Translations under genes and position numbers: made by a program
Shown here: positions 37,469-45,691 of the stretch, in pieces
Position numbering within the stretch: the first letter of the stretch is position 1
Layout of the letters: each line of letters begins with the position of its first letter
Notes under the pieces: generated by a model
Databases searched by the model: none
The model's input: only the letters and a program-made list of their open reading frames with translations
What the model was told of the DNA's origin: nothing
DNA from: Candidatus Zambryskibacteria bacterium RIFCSPLOWO2_02_FULL_51_21
Lineage (GTDB): Bacteria; Patescibacteriota; Minisyncoccia; Phycocordibacterales; Zambryskibacteraceae
Reading direction: 5' to 3'
Assembly (NCBI GenBank): GCA_001824255.1
Contig: MHWQ01000002.1
Coordinates: 393,572 to 457,571 of the forward strand
DNA length: 64,000 nucleotides

Positions 37469-37702
37469 CTATTTCTCCTCCACGACTTCCACTTTGTAAT
37501 TTCGGCTCACCAGGAATAGATAAATGATTTCCAGAATACCCAAGGTGTTAATGATAAGAAGGGCGGCGAACCACCACTTCTGGCGAAGGCCTGCGGCGCG
37601 CCAGAGGGCAAGCCCCTTCCAAGCTATCGTCCATACGATGACGAAGACGATGGCCCAGACCGGGATGCCTACGAGCGCAGCCAATGTATTGATGGATTCC
37701 AT
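37469..37702 (-). CDS. Small two-TM membrane protein.
   Basis: 77 aa. IPVWAIVFVIVWTIAW and WFAALLIINTLGILEIIYLFLV helices. Confidence 0.4.
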   Translation of the reverse strand: MESINTLAALVGIPVWAIVFVIVWTIAWKGLALWRAAGLRQKWWFAALLIINTLGILEIIYLFLVSRNYKVEVVEEK

Positions 37703-37728
37703 GACTTATATTGTACTATATTTAGACA

Positions 37729-38112
37729 ATGAAAGTAATGGCCATAGACTACGGCGAGAAAAGGGTGGGCATCGCCTCGACCGACGAGTCGGGCGGCTTT
37801 GCTCTGCCTCGGAAGACTTTCCCGAACGACGAGAAGTTGCTCGAAAATATCATTCGTTTCAAGACCGAAGAGGGGATAGACAGGGTGGTTATTGGCGAAT
37901 CGAAGAACTATAAGAGCGAAGCGAATCCGGTTATGGAAAAAATCGAGAAATTCCGCTCTGACCTCAGCAAACTGGGAATAGAAACGATTCTTCACCCGGA
38001 AATCCTTACCACCATGGAAGCGAGGCAGATTCAGGGGCAGACGGACATGACCGACGCTTCCGCCGCGGCGCTAATTCTGAAGAGCTATATAGATTCTATA
38101 AATAATTCCTAG
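37729..38112 (+). CDS. ruvX: Putative pre-16S rRNA nuclease / Holliday-junction resolvase-like YqgF (RuvX).
   Basis: MKVMAIDYGEKRVGIASTDESG matches the YqgF N-terminal catalytic motif. Confidence 0.8.
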   Translation: MKVMAIDYGEKRVGIASTDESGGFALPRKTFPNDEKLLENIIRFKTEEGIDRVVIGESKNYKSEANPVMEKIEKFRSDLSKLGIETILHPEILTTMEARQIQGQTDMTDASAAALILKSYIDSINNS

Positions 38113-38131
38113 TGTGATAATATCGAACGAA

Positions 38132-38203
38132 GCCCCTGTAGCTTAATGGATAAAGCAGCGCTCTTCTAAGGCGCTGATGTAGGTTCGATTCCTGCCAGGG
38201 GCA
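38132..38203 (+). tRNA. tRNA-Arg (anticodon TCT).
   Basis: Acceptor GCCCCTG/CAGGGGC. Anticodon stem GCGCT/GGCGC with loop CTTCTAA. T-loop GGTTCGATTCC. Confidence 0.85.
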
Positions 38204-38296
38204 CAAAATATGTTATATTTTGTGCCTGACGGAGCGCGACGGCGCGAGTCAGGGTCGTGCAAGTTTTCAGCAGAAAACTATGCCTGACCACAGAAA

Positions 38297-39010
38297 ATGA
38301 CACATTCTTTAAAAAACAAAGTCGTCTGGATTACCGGAGGTAAAAGGATAGGGCAGGAGATTGCCAAAGCCCTGTCTGAACTAGGAGTGGATTTGGTAGT
38401 AAGCTACCGCTCTTCACGAGAAGAAGCCGAAAAATTTTCCAATGCTTTTGTACTTCAATGCGATGTTACGGATAGAAAAAGTGTGGAAGAAGCCGTGAAT
38501 AAAATAAAAGAGAAATTCGGCAAGCTTGACATCCTGGTGCTTCTCGCCTCAATATTCAAACCTGTAAAATTTGAGGACATATCCGAGAAAGACTGGGACG
38601 CGAACTTCGCCGCGCATGTGAAGGGCACCTTCTGGCCCATACAGCTTGCCTCCCGCATCATGCCTGCCGGTTCGCACGCGGTGACTGTTGCCGACCGCAC
38701 AGCGCTTGGGAAGATTTACCCCGGCTATCTGCCGTATGTTGTGACCAAGTCGGCGGTGGCGGCTCTTACCCGGGCGCTCGCGGTGGAGCTTGGACCGAAA
38801 GGAGTATTCATAAATTCGATCGCTCCCGGTCCGGTCTTGAAGCCCAACGATATAAGCGAAGAGGAATGGCGGGCTATTCGAAAGGAATCAATCATTAAAT
38901 ATCCGCTTACCGACGATGAGGCGGTACAGGAATTCGTTGATACGGTCTTGCGCTTGTGCTCCGTACGCTCATCTGGCAGCGTTTATCCGCTCGATTTTGG
39001 ACATCTTTGA
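38297..39010 (+). CDS. Short-chain dehydrogenase/reductase (SDR) family oxidoreductase.
   Basis: VWITGGKRIGQEIA (TGxxxIG). Catalytic YVVTK (YxxxK). 237 aa. Confidence 0.8.
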   Translation: MTHSLKNKVVWITGGKRIGQEIAKALSELGVDLVVSYRSSREEAEKFSNAFVLQCDVTDRKSVEEAVNKIKEKFGKLDILVLLASIFKPVKFEDISEKDWDANFAAHVKGTFWPIQLASRIMPAGSHAVTVADRTALGKIYPGYLPYVVTKSAVAALTRALAVELGPKGVFINSIAPGPVLKPNDISEEEWRAIRKESIIKYPLTDDEAVQEFVDTVLRLCSVRSSGSVYPLDFGHL

Positions 39011-39014
39011 CTTG

Positions 39015-39098
39015 TGGGCACGAGAGGATTTGAACCTCCAAGTCCGTAAGGACATACGCTCCTGAAGCGTACGCGTATACCAATTCCGCCACGTGCCC
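39015..39098 (-). tRNA. tRNA-Leu (anticodon CAG), class II.
   Basis: Reverse-complement GGGCACG...TACGC TTCAGGA GCGTA...long variable arm...CGTGCCCA. Confidence 0.85.
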
Positions 39099-39137
39099 GT
39101 GCCAAGAGAATACATTATATGATAATATCGTGCCAAC

Positions 39138-39213
39138 GCGGGCTTAGCTCAGTTGGTAGAGCGCTTCATTTACACTGAAGATGTCAGGGGTTCGAGTCCC
39201 TTAGCCCGCACCA
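39138..39213 (+). tRNA. tRNA-Val (anticodon TAC). CCA encoded.
   Basis: GCGGGCTTAGCTCAGTTGGTAGAGCG CTTCA TTTACAC TGAAG ...AGCCCGCACCA. Confidence 0.85.
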
Positions 39214-39893
39214 TGGAAATTCTTTATGAAGATTCCGATATTCTGGTCATTAATAAACCGGCAGGGCTTGTTGTGCATTCCGACGGGCGCACGAAAGAGC
39301 CGAGTGTTTCGGAGTGGTTTGTTGAGAAATATCCGGAGTCAAAAGATGTTGGCGAAAAGATGGGAGAAATAGAAAGACCTGGTGTCGTGCATCGTATAGA
39401 CAGGGAAACTTCCGGCTGTTTGATTCTGGCGAAGACCAAGGAAGGCCACGCCGCGCTCAAAAAGCAGTTTCAAAATCACGAGATTGAGAAAATTTACCAC
39501 GCGTTTGTTTATGGAAATCTGAAGGAAGACAGAGGAACGATAAATTTGAAAATTTCGAGAAGCAAATCCGATTTTAGAAAAAGAGTCTCGGGTAGAGAGG
39601 GGAGAGAAGCTCTGACTTATTTCGAAGTTTTGAAGCGGGGGCCGGAGGTGACACTGGTCGAGGCGAAGCCCAAGACCGGCAGGACACATCAAATCCGTGT
39701 CCATTTCCAAGCGCTTCACCACCCGGTTGTGGCTGATAGTTTGTACGCGCCCTCAAAACCGAAAATTCTAGGCTTCGACCGCTTGGCTCTCCATGCACGA
39801 AAAATCGTCCTTACAAACCTTAAGGGCGAAAAAATCTCAATTGAGGCCCCATATCCGGAAGATTTCCAGAAAGCATTAGACATTATCGGCTGA
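39213..39893 (+). CDS. RluA-family pseudouridine synthase.
   Basis: HRIDRETSGCLILAKT catalytic motif. The real start MEILYEDSDILVINKPAGL lies at the 3' end of tRNA-Val, so the ORF-track start inside the tRNA is rejected. Confidence 0.8.
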   Translation: MEILYEDSDILVINKPAGLVVHSDGRTKEPSVSEWFVEKYPESKDVGEKMGEIERPGVVHRIDRETSGCLILAKTKEGHAALKKQFQNHEIEKIYHAFVYGNLKEDRGTINLKISRSKSDFRKRVSGREGREALTYFEVLKRGPEVTLVEAKPKTGRTHQIRVHFQALHHPVVADSLYAPSKPKILGFDRLALHARKIVLTNLKGEKISIEAPYPEDFQKALDIIG

Positions 39894-39914
39894 TTCTGTT
39901 AGATTGTTGGCCTA

Positions 39915-40304
39915 ATGAATAAGGTAATTAGTCCGGTAAATATAGAAGAGAGGCGGAAGCTCGACCTGCGAGCGGGGGATACCGTCAAGGTCTGGCAGAA
40001 GATTGCCGAGAAGGGCAAGTTCCGTCTCCAGGCCTTCGAAGGTCTGGTCCTCGCGAGAAAGCATGGCACCGAAGCCGGAGCTACTATTACCGTCCGCCGT
40101 GTTGCCTCGGGAGTCGGCGTCGAGAAAATTTTCCCCCTCTACTCTCCCATGGTTGACAAGATTGAGGTTCTGAAGCGCTCGAAAGTCCGCCGGGCCAAGC
40201 TCTACCATGTCCGAGAGAAAGCGGCCAAGGAAATCAGCCGACAGATGAGGAATCTCAGAATGCAAAAAGAGGAAGTTGTGGAAGAAGTAGCAGAAGCGAA
40301 ATAA
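39915..40304 (+). CDS. rplS: 50S ribosomal protein L19.
   Basis: DLRAGDTVKVWQKIAEKGKFRLQAFEGLVLARK is the L19 signature region. Confidence 0.9.
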   Translation: MNKVISPVNIEERRKLDLRAGDTVKVWQKIAEKGKFRLQAFEGLVLARKHGTEAGATITVRRVASGVGVEKIFPLYSPMVDKIEVLKRSKVRRAKLYHVREKAAKEISRQMRNLRMQKEEVVEEVAEAK

Positions 40305-40308
40305 GTTC

Positions 40309-40395
40309 TGGTGCGCGGGAGAGGATTTGAACCTCCACGCCCGTAAGGGCACTACCACCTCAAGGTAGCTTGTCTACCAATTTCAACACCCGCGC
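40309..40395 (-). tRNA. tRNA-Leu (anticodon GAG), class II. CCA encoded.
   Basis: Reverse-complement GCGCGGG...CTACC TTGAGGT GGTAG...long variable arm...CCCGCGCACCA. Confidence 0.85.
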
Positions 40396-40466
40396 GTCGA
40401 GCCCAGAATAACAGGAAATCAAAAGGCTTTCAATTAAGTATTCAAACTGTTATATTTCCCATGCAT

Positions 40467-40538
40467 GGTGCCTATGGTGTAGCAGCAGCACAAGAGCTTG
40501 TGGAGCTCTCAGTCCCGGGGCAGCACCGGGTAGGCACC
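40467..40538. ncRNA. Candidate structured RNA element: 72-nt region closed by an 8-bp GGTGCCTA/TAGGCACC helix with two nested internal hairpins. Class unknown.
   Basis: Read directly. AGAGCT-TGTGG-AGCTCT and CCCGG-GGCAGCA-CCGGG sub-hairpins. Sits in a 180-bp noncoding gap upstream of the 40579 gene. Confidence 0.25.
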
Positions 40539-40578
40539 CCAGAGTTTTGCCGCGACAATAATCTGCTATTATTAAGAC

Positions 40579-41142
40579 ATGGCATTTCATCATAAAGAAC
40601 CCGAGGGGGAACAAGCAGATAGTCATGAGATAGCATTGCAGCTAGACAATTACGACGACCTTTTTTCGGTTTTCGACAACAGGCCTTATTCGAAGAGAGC
40701 GTTGTCGGTCGACTTTCTCGATGAAGTGAGACGCGCCTCGCTAGACAAAAGTGACGAAAAACTGGAACTTGTCATCTCTATGCCGAAAGAACTCAGGAGC
40801 GAAGCCCATGACCAGACCATCAAGGAGCGCTTGTCGGACCACTTCCACAAACACTACAAGAGGCTTCAGGTGGAGAAGAGGAGAATCATGCGGCTCGGCT
40901 TCCTCATGGTCTTTCTCGGTCTCGTATCTATGGTCGGGGCAACTTTTGTTATTTCAAAAAATTCTGACGCCCAGAGCTTCGGCTACTCTTTCCTCCTCAT
41001 TCTTCTCGAGCCGGCGGCATGGTTTCTACTCTGGGAGGGAATGGACCAGATTATTTTCAATTCCCAGAGTCTGAAGCATGACCTGGAATTTTACCGCAAG
41101 ATGTCGCTTTCGCACGAAAGGGTTCATTTCCAGTCTTATTAA
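40579..41142 (+). CDS. Hypothetical protein with a C-terminal pair of TM helices.
   Basis: 187 aa. LGFLMVFLGLVSMVGATFVI and FLLILLEPAAWFLLW helices. Confidence 0.4.
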   Translation: MAFHHKEPEGEQADSHEIALQLDNYDDLFSVFDNRPYSKRALSVDFLDEVRRASLDKSDEKLELVISMPKELRSEAHDQTIKERLSDHFHKHYKRLQVEKRRIMRLGFLMVFLGLVSMVGATFVISKNSDAQSFGYSFLLILLEPAAWFLLWEGMDQIIFNSQSLKHDLEFYRKMSLSHERVHFQSY

Positions 41143-41155
41143 CGTCTAATACAAT

Positions 41156-41557
41156 ATGAAGAAAGGATTCAAAGACAATATTGAGAAATTAACCGTGGGA
41201 AATACCGATTTCCGCCGCGTGCTTTATACCGGTGAGCGCTCGCAACTGGTGCTTATGTCGCTTAGGCCGGGCGAGGAAATTGGCGCCGAAGTGCACGAGG
41301 ATAATGACCAATTCTTCCGCTTCGAGAAGGGACGTGGCAAGGTCATCATTGATAATACAAGCTACGATGTCTCTGACGGCGACGCGGTAGTGGTGCCCCG
41401 CGGCGCCGAACACAACGTTATCAATGCTTCCCAGACAGAAGAGCTCAAGCTCTACACCATCTACTCTCCGCCGCATCACGCCGATGGCATCGTCCGCGCC
41501 ACCAAGGAAGAAGCGGTTCAGAACGAGGCCGAGTTCGATGGAGTTACGACTGAATAA
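41156..41557 (+). CDS. Cupin-domain protein.
   Basis: GEEIGAEVHEDNDQFFRFEKGRGKVII...DGDAVVVPRGAEHNVIN cupin motifs 1 and 2. Confidence 0.7.
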   Translation: MKKGFKDNIEKLTVGNTDFRRVLYTGERSQLVLMSLRPGEEIGAEVHEDNDQFFRFEKGRGKVIIDNTSYDVSDGDAVVVPRGAEHNVINASQTEELKLYTIYSPPHHADGIVRATKEEAVQNEAEFDGVTTE

Positions 41558-42056
41558 AACGATAAGGTTTGTTTGCCCAAATTTTACCAGCATATGCCAC
41601 TCCAACTCTTGGCATACGCAAAATTTTCAATTTAGAATTTTCAATTTTCGAATCAGATTCAATCCACAAACCAGTTTTCTTTCCCAACTTCTTGCCATTC
41701 AAACTTTTATCTATTTTAAAAAACTTTGTTAATCGCGCGGGGCCAGTTATATTTTCCGTACCGCGTATAAGGACGGCGGCGGGGAAATCTTTTCCTTCGG
41801 TCACGATGTTTAGCATCCAATGCATACCGTAGGTAAAATAGACATAAATCGTTCCAGCTTCGGCAAACATCGGGGTATTACGCGGGGTTTTGCCACGCGA
41901 AGAATGGCAGGCTAGGTCGTGCGGGCCGACATATGCTTCCGTCTCGGTGATTTTCCCCCTCCATATCTTGCCGTTAATCTTGCGCACCAGATATTTGCCC
42001 GGAAGCTCGCGGGCCACGGTCAGGGTTTTCCTGTCGAAAAATGAATGAGATAACAT
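41544..42056 (-). CDS. mpg: DNA-3-methyladenine glycosylase (Mpg/AAG family).
   Basis: RKTLTVARELPGKYLVRKINGKIWRGKITETEAYVGPHDLACHSSRGKTPRN is the AAG family core. Start set at MLSHSFF (42056) rather than the upstream ORF-track Met. Confidence 0.8.
   Translation of the reverse strand: MLSHSFFDRKTLTVARELPGKYLVRKINGKIWRGKITETEAYVGPHDLACHSSRGKTPRNTPMFAEAGTIYVYFTYGMHWMLNIVTEGKDFPAAVLIRGTENITGPARLTKFFKIDKSLNGKKLGKKTGLWIESDSKIENSKLKILRMPRVGVAYAGKIWANKPYRFIQS
41621..41654 (-). repeat. Copy 2 of the intragenic AT-rich repeat element inside mpg. It encodes KIENSKLKI.
   Basis: AAATTTTCAATTTAGAATTTTCAATTTTCGAAT on the plus strand. Its reverse complement shares 22 contiguous nt with the polA copy. Confidence 0.7.
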
Positions 42057-42079
42057 CGCCTGGTAGTATAATAAATAAA

Positions 42080-42232
42080 TGGCATTTGAGCTCATCGCTT
42101 TCGATATTGACGGCACATTGACCCAAAGCAAGTCGCCGCTTGAGGATAATCCTCTCATCGACACGGACAAAGTAATAGGCATCGCGACCATGGAAATTTC
42201 CGTGGTTCTGGATGCTCTGTCGTGGTAAGCTT
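42080..42232 (+). pseudogene. Remnant of a HAD-superfamily hydrolase (N-terminal 50 codons only, with motif I).
   Basis: Manual translation MAFELIAFDIDGTLTQSKSPLEDN... carries a perfect hhhDxDGTL HAD motif I at the canonical distance from Met. It terminates after 50 codons directly upstream of the PAP2 gene. Confidence 0.35.
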
Positions 42233-42244
42233 AATGTCACCACA

Positions 42245-42907
42245 ATGTTTCCGAATTGGGCGAAAAACATTCTTTTCCTTCTCGTTTACATGATTTCGGG
42301 ACTTGTCCTGGTAATCATTATCGAGGGCTTGCTTACCGGGAGCGACCTCCAGCCGCTGAACTCCGCTATAGAAGAAGCTATAGTGCGGGTAAGAACGCCA
42401 CTTCTTACGACACTTCTCGTCTGGATTACCAAGATTGGCAATCCCTTCGTTTTCTCCTCCGTGGCGGTGTTTATCTCCATCATGCTTATCGTCAAGAAGA
42501 ACGCTTACGATGCCATGCTCTTCCTAGTCTCGCTCATCGTGGCCGCCATCTCGCTTACGGTGCTGAAAAATATTTTCCAGATTAGCCGTCCCGCTTCCGA
42601 TATTTATCTCGCCGAAGGCTGGAGCTTCCCCTCCGGCCACGCTACCGTGGCGACGGCCTTCTTCTTCCTCTTGGCCTATATTTTTTTCGGGAAGATTAAG
42701 ACCTTGCGCGGCAGGACCATTCTCATACTGGGTTCAATCGCGGGCGCGCTCATCGTCTGTTTCTCGCGGCTCTATCTCGGCGCTCACTGGACGCTTGATG
42801 TTCTGGCGGGCGTGGCCCTAGGGCTCCTCTCGGTCTCCTTCACCATACTCATGTTCAATGTTTTTCTGGAAGAAAATCGGTCTTTGAGAAAGCGTCTGAA
42901 TTTGTGA
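42245..42907 (+). CDS. PAP2-family membrane phosphatase (undecaprenyl-diphosphatase / PgpB-like).
   Basis: PAP2 motifs KNIFQISRP, PSGH, SRLYLGAHWTLD. Six TM helices. Start taken at MFPNWAKN. Confidence 0.75.
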   Translation: MFPNWAKNILFLLVYMISGLVLVIIIEGLLTGSDLQPLNSAIEEAIVRVRTPLLTTLLVWITKIGNPFVFSSVAVFISIMLIVKKNAYDAMLFLVSLIVAAISLTVLKNIFQISRPASDIYLAEGWSFPSGHATVATAFFFLLAYIFFGKIKTLRGRTILILGSIAGALIVCFSRLYLGAHWTLDVLAGVALGLLSVSFTILMFNVFLEENRSLRKRLNL

Positions 42908-42914
42908 TAAACTG

Positions 42915-43721
42915 GTGCGCATGAACACACAAGAAATGAAGAATATTTATAAGTGGGCCTGGATTGTACTTATTATTCTAGCCGTTTTCCTGGGAGTTAA
43001 GACCCTCGCGTCTTTGAAGGATTTGAGAGACACTTCTCCTTCTTACAACACCATCAGCGTATCAGGAGAGGGAGAAGTCATGGCTGTGCCGGACCTGGCG
43101 AGCTTTACCTTCACTGTCTCGGCTGATGCCAATACCGTTGACGCTGCCCAGGAAGCGGTGACCAAAAAGGTTGACGCCATTCTCGCCGAACTGAAGGACT
43201 TGGGTATTGAAGAAAAAGACATTAAAACCACCGACTACTCCGTCTGGCCGAAATATCGTTACGAAACCAGAGCCCTTTATCCCTGCACTCAATACAGCTG
43301 CCCTCCGTCTCCAGGCAATCAAGTCCCCGACGGCTATACCGCAAATCATTCTGTTATGGTAAAAGTGCGCGATACGGAGAATGCGGGCGAAGCGCTCTCG
43401 AGGGCAGGCTCCGCGGGCGCTACCAATCTCTCGGGCATCTCTTTCACCATCGACGACCCGGAGAAACTTAAGTCCGATGCCCGTGCTCTGGCTATCAAGA
43501 ACGCGAGAGAGAAGGCCGAAATTCTTTCCGACGAGCTCGGTGTGCGGCTGGTAAGAGTAGTGAGCTACAGCGACAGCTCGGACGGCGGTGTCGTGCCTTA
43601 TTACCGTGAGGTGTTGGGTATGGGGGGCTCTGATATAAAAGTTGTCCCGCCTACGCCGACCCTTCCTACAGGCGAGAACAAAATCAAGATTAACGTGAAT
43701 GTCACGTACGAGATTCGCTAA
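42915..43721 (+). CDS. SIMPL/DUF541-domain periplasmic protein.
   Basis: N-terminal TM then ISVSGEGEVMAVPDLASFTFTV...AQEAVTKKVDAILAELK typical of DUF541. Confidence 0.7.
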   Translation: MRMNTQEMKNIYKWAWIVLIILAVFLGVKTLASLKDLRDTSPSYNTISVSGEGEVMAVPDLASFTFTVSADANTVDAAQEAVTKKVDAILAELKDLGIEEKDIKTTDYSVWPKYRYETRALYPCTQYSCPPSPGNQVPDGYTANHSVMVKVRDTENAGEALSRAGSAGATNLSGISFTIDDPEKLKSDARALAIKNAREKAEILSDELGVRLVRVVSYSDSSDGGVVPYYREVLGMGGSDIKVVPPTPTLPTGENKIKINVNVTYEIR

Positions 43722-43729
43722 ATCCTGAA

Positions 43730-43800
43730 AAACACCCCGCTTGATATACTTTCGTGAACGTGATAATATCACGTTCACACCCACGAGGGTGTTTTTTCAA
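43730..43800 (+). terminator. Rho-independent-terminator-like structure after the DUF541 gene. It contains a 25-bp perfect palindrome (GTGAACGTGAT AAT ATCACGTTCAC) that may also be an operator upstream of secE-nusG.
   Basis: Stem-loop CACCC-ACGAG-GGGTG followed by TTTTTT. AAAAACACCC/GGGTGTTTTT outer inverted repeat enclosing the palindrome. Confidence 0.45.
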
Positions 43801-43805
43801 AAAAC

Positions 43806-43988
43806 ATGAACAGATTCTTAAATTACGTGAGGGACACCAGAGGCGAGCTCGCGCACGTCTCCTGGCCCACGAGGAAGCAGGCGATGGTTTTTACCGCCAT
43901 CGTGATTGTGGTCTCCATCCTTACCGCGCTTTATCTCGGACTCTTCGACTACATACTCTCGCTTATTCTCCAGAAATTCATTCTGTAA
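43806..43988 (+). CDS. secE: Preprotein translocase subunit SecE.
   Basis: 60 aa, single TM. ELAHVSWPTRKQAMVFTAIVIVVSILTALYLGLFD. Canonical position before nusG. Confidence 0.8.
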   Translation: MNRFLNYVRDTRGELAHVSWPTRKQAMVFTAIVIVVSILTALYLGLFDYILSLILQKFIL

Positions 43989-43992
43989 AAAT

Positions 43993-44538
43993 ATGGCCAA
44001 GCAAACTATCTCCGAAGGCAGGAACTGGTACGTGGTCCACACTTACGCGGGTTACGAGAACGCCGTGATGAGGAACTTGAAGCAGAGGATTGAGTCCTAT
44101 GACATGCAGGACAAGATTTTCAACGTTATCGTGCCGACCGAGAAGAAGGTCAAGATTAAGGCCGGCAAGCGGGTTGAGGAGGAGGAGAAAATCTACCCCG
44201 GCTATATTCTCGTCGAGATGATTGTCACCGACGACTCCTGGTTCGTGGTGAGGAATACACCGAGGGTAACGGGCTTCGTGGGTTCGGGAGTTTATCCCGT
44301 GCCTCTGGAGAAGAAGGAAGTCGAGACTCTCTTTGCCCGTATGAGCGCCGACAGGGTCACGCACCAGATTAATCTCATTGAGAACGATGCCGTGCAGATT
44401 GTCGACGGGCCCTTCAAGGACCTCGAGGGCAAAATCTCGGATATTGACGAAGAGAGAGGCAAGGTCAAGGTTCTGGTCAATATGTTCGGGCGAGAGACAC
44501 CTGTCGAACTCGACTTTTTGCAAGTAAAGAAAATTTAA
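43993..44538 (+). CDS. nusG: Transcription termination/antitermination factor NusG.
   Basis: NWYVVHTYAGYENAV NGN domain. C-terminal KOW (VDGPFKDLEGKISDID). Start at MAKQTI. Confidence 0.9.
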   Translation: MAKQTISEGRNWYVVHTYAGYENAVMRNLKQRIESYDMQDKIFNVIVPTEKKVKIKAGKRVEEEEKIYPGYILVEMIVTDDSWFVVRNTPRVTGFVGSGVYPVPLEKKEVETLFARMSADRVTHQINLIENDAVQIVDGPFKDLEGKISDIDEERGKVKVLVNMFGRETPVELDFLQVKKI

Positions 44539-44556
44539 GGTAATCTAACGACTCAA

Positions 44557-44979
44557 ATGGCAAAGAAAGTAACAAAAGTATTGAAGCTCCAGATCCCCGG
44601 CGGCGCGGCCGTGCCCGGCCAGCAGCTGGGCCCCGTGCTCGGCGCGGCGGGTATTAACATCGGTGAATTTGTTAAGCGCTTCAACGAAGAGACCAAAGAC
44701 CGTCGGGGCGAGACTGTGCCGACGGTGGTCGATGTCTACGAAGACCGCACTTATCATTTGACCTACAAAACCGAGCCGGCCGCCGCCTTGATTCTCAAGG
44801 CTTTGAAAAAGGATAAGGGTTCTGGCACTCCCAATACCTCAAAAATCGGCACTCTCTCCAAGGCGCAGGTCAAAGAAATCGCCGAGAAGAAAATGTCGGA
44901 TTTGAACGCCAACGACGCGGATGCAGCTATGAAAATTATCGCGGGAACAGCGAGGTCAATGGGAGTTGAGGTAAAATAA
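44557..44979 (+). CDS. rplK: 50S ribosomal protein L11.
   Basis: [43 protein letters not shown] matches the L11 N-terminus. Confidence 0.9.
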   Translation: MAKKVTKVLKLQIPGGAAVPGQQLGPVLGAAGINIGEFVKRFNEETKDRRGETVPTVVDVYEDRTYHLTYKTEPAAALILKALKKDKGSGTPNTSKIGTLSKAQVKEIAEKKMSDLNANDADAAMKIIAGTARSMGVEVK

Positions 44980-44983
44980 AACC

Positions 44984-45691
44984 ATGAAATCAGGGGGAAA
45001 CTCGCAGCTGGTCAAGAACATCTTGAGCGGCAGTCCGAACTTTGAAGACCGCTATATTTCTGATCGCAATACCCTGGTCTCGGTAGTAAAAATTCTCAAG
45101 GACTCAGGGTACAGAATCGTTCTCACGCAAGGTGTCTATGATTTATTTCATGTCGGGCACAAAAGATATTTAGAAAATGCCAAGAATCACGGAGACATTC
45201 TTATTATAGGAGTCGATACCGATGAACTGACTCGAAGCATAAAAGGGCCAAACCGCCCATTTGATAAACTTGAAGACCGGTTGGAAATTTTGACAAGTTT
45301 GCGGACGGTGGATATCGTTACGACGAGGGGCTTGGGTGAGCATGAATATGACTTGATTAAGCTTGTAAGGCCGGATGTTTTAGTCATGTCCCAGACCACC
45401 ACGACCTTTACAGAAAAAGATAAGCGCAATCTGATAAAATACTGCGGTAGCATAAAGGTTTTGCCCCCTCAGTCCTCCACTTCGACGACGGCCAAGTTGA
45501 GGAAGATGATGGTAAGCGGGGCGGAGCAGCTTTCGATTAAAATATCCAACATTATCAAGGAATTCCTTATCGATATAAAAAATGAAAGCCCTAATAGGAT
45601 ACTTCCCAATCATTCACGCGGGTCATCTGGAAGTTTGCAAAAGGCAAAAGCCGGACAAGCTCTGCGTACTCGGAAAAAGCCTGCTCGCTGA
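44984..45691 (+). CDS. Cytidylyltransferase-fold nucleotidyltransferase resembling RfaE domain II (heptose-1-phosphate adenylyltransferase-like).
   Basis: RIVLTQGVYDLFHVGHKRYLENAKNHGDILIIGVDTDELTRSIKGPNRPFDKLEDRLEILTSLRTVDIV parallels HldE-C (GCFDILHAGHVSYL...RPVNPLEQR). The 3' tail overlaps the next ORF by 110 nt. Confidence 0.6.
   Translation: MKSGGNSQLVKNILSGSPNFEDRYISDRNTLVSVVKILKDSGYRIVLTQGVYDLFHVGHKRYLENAKNHGDILIIGVDTDELTRSIKGPNRPFDKLEDRLEILTSLRTVDIVTTRGLGEHEYDLIKLVRPDVLVMSQTTTTFTEKDKRNLIKYCGSIKVLPPQSSTSTTAKLRKMMVSGAEQLSIKISNIIKEFLIDIKNESPNRILPNHSRGSSGSLQKAKAGQALRTRKKPAR

Noticed and set aside
39153-39212. ORF-track start of the 246-aa pseudouridine synthase ORF at 39153
   Set aside because: The first 20 codons are the read-through of tRNA-Val (39138-39213). 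The conserved protein begins at the Met at 39213 (MEILYED...).
40467-40538. Possible SRP (4.5S) RNA or fluoride riboswitch
   Set aside because: It lacks the SRP helix-8 GNRA tetraloop and conserved AGCAG asymmetric-loop arrangement. It also lacks the CUGAUGA...CCUAC core of crcB riboswitches. It is kept only as an unclassified structured-RNA candidate.
41544-42191. Long N-terminal extension (45 aa) of the mpg ORF
   Set aside because: The extension has no similarity to AAG-family N-termini and overlaps the HAD-remnant region on the other strand. The family-typical start MLSHSFFDRKTL is at 42056.
43978-44523. 181-aa minus-strand ORF
   Set aside because: It exactly shadows nusG, which has unambiguous NGN/KOW motifs on the plus strand.
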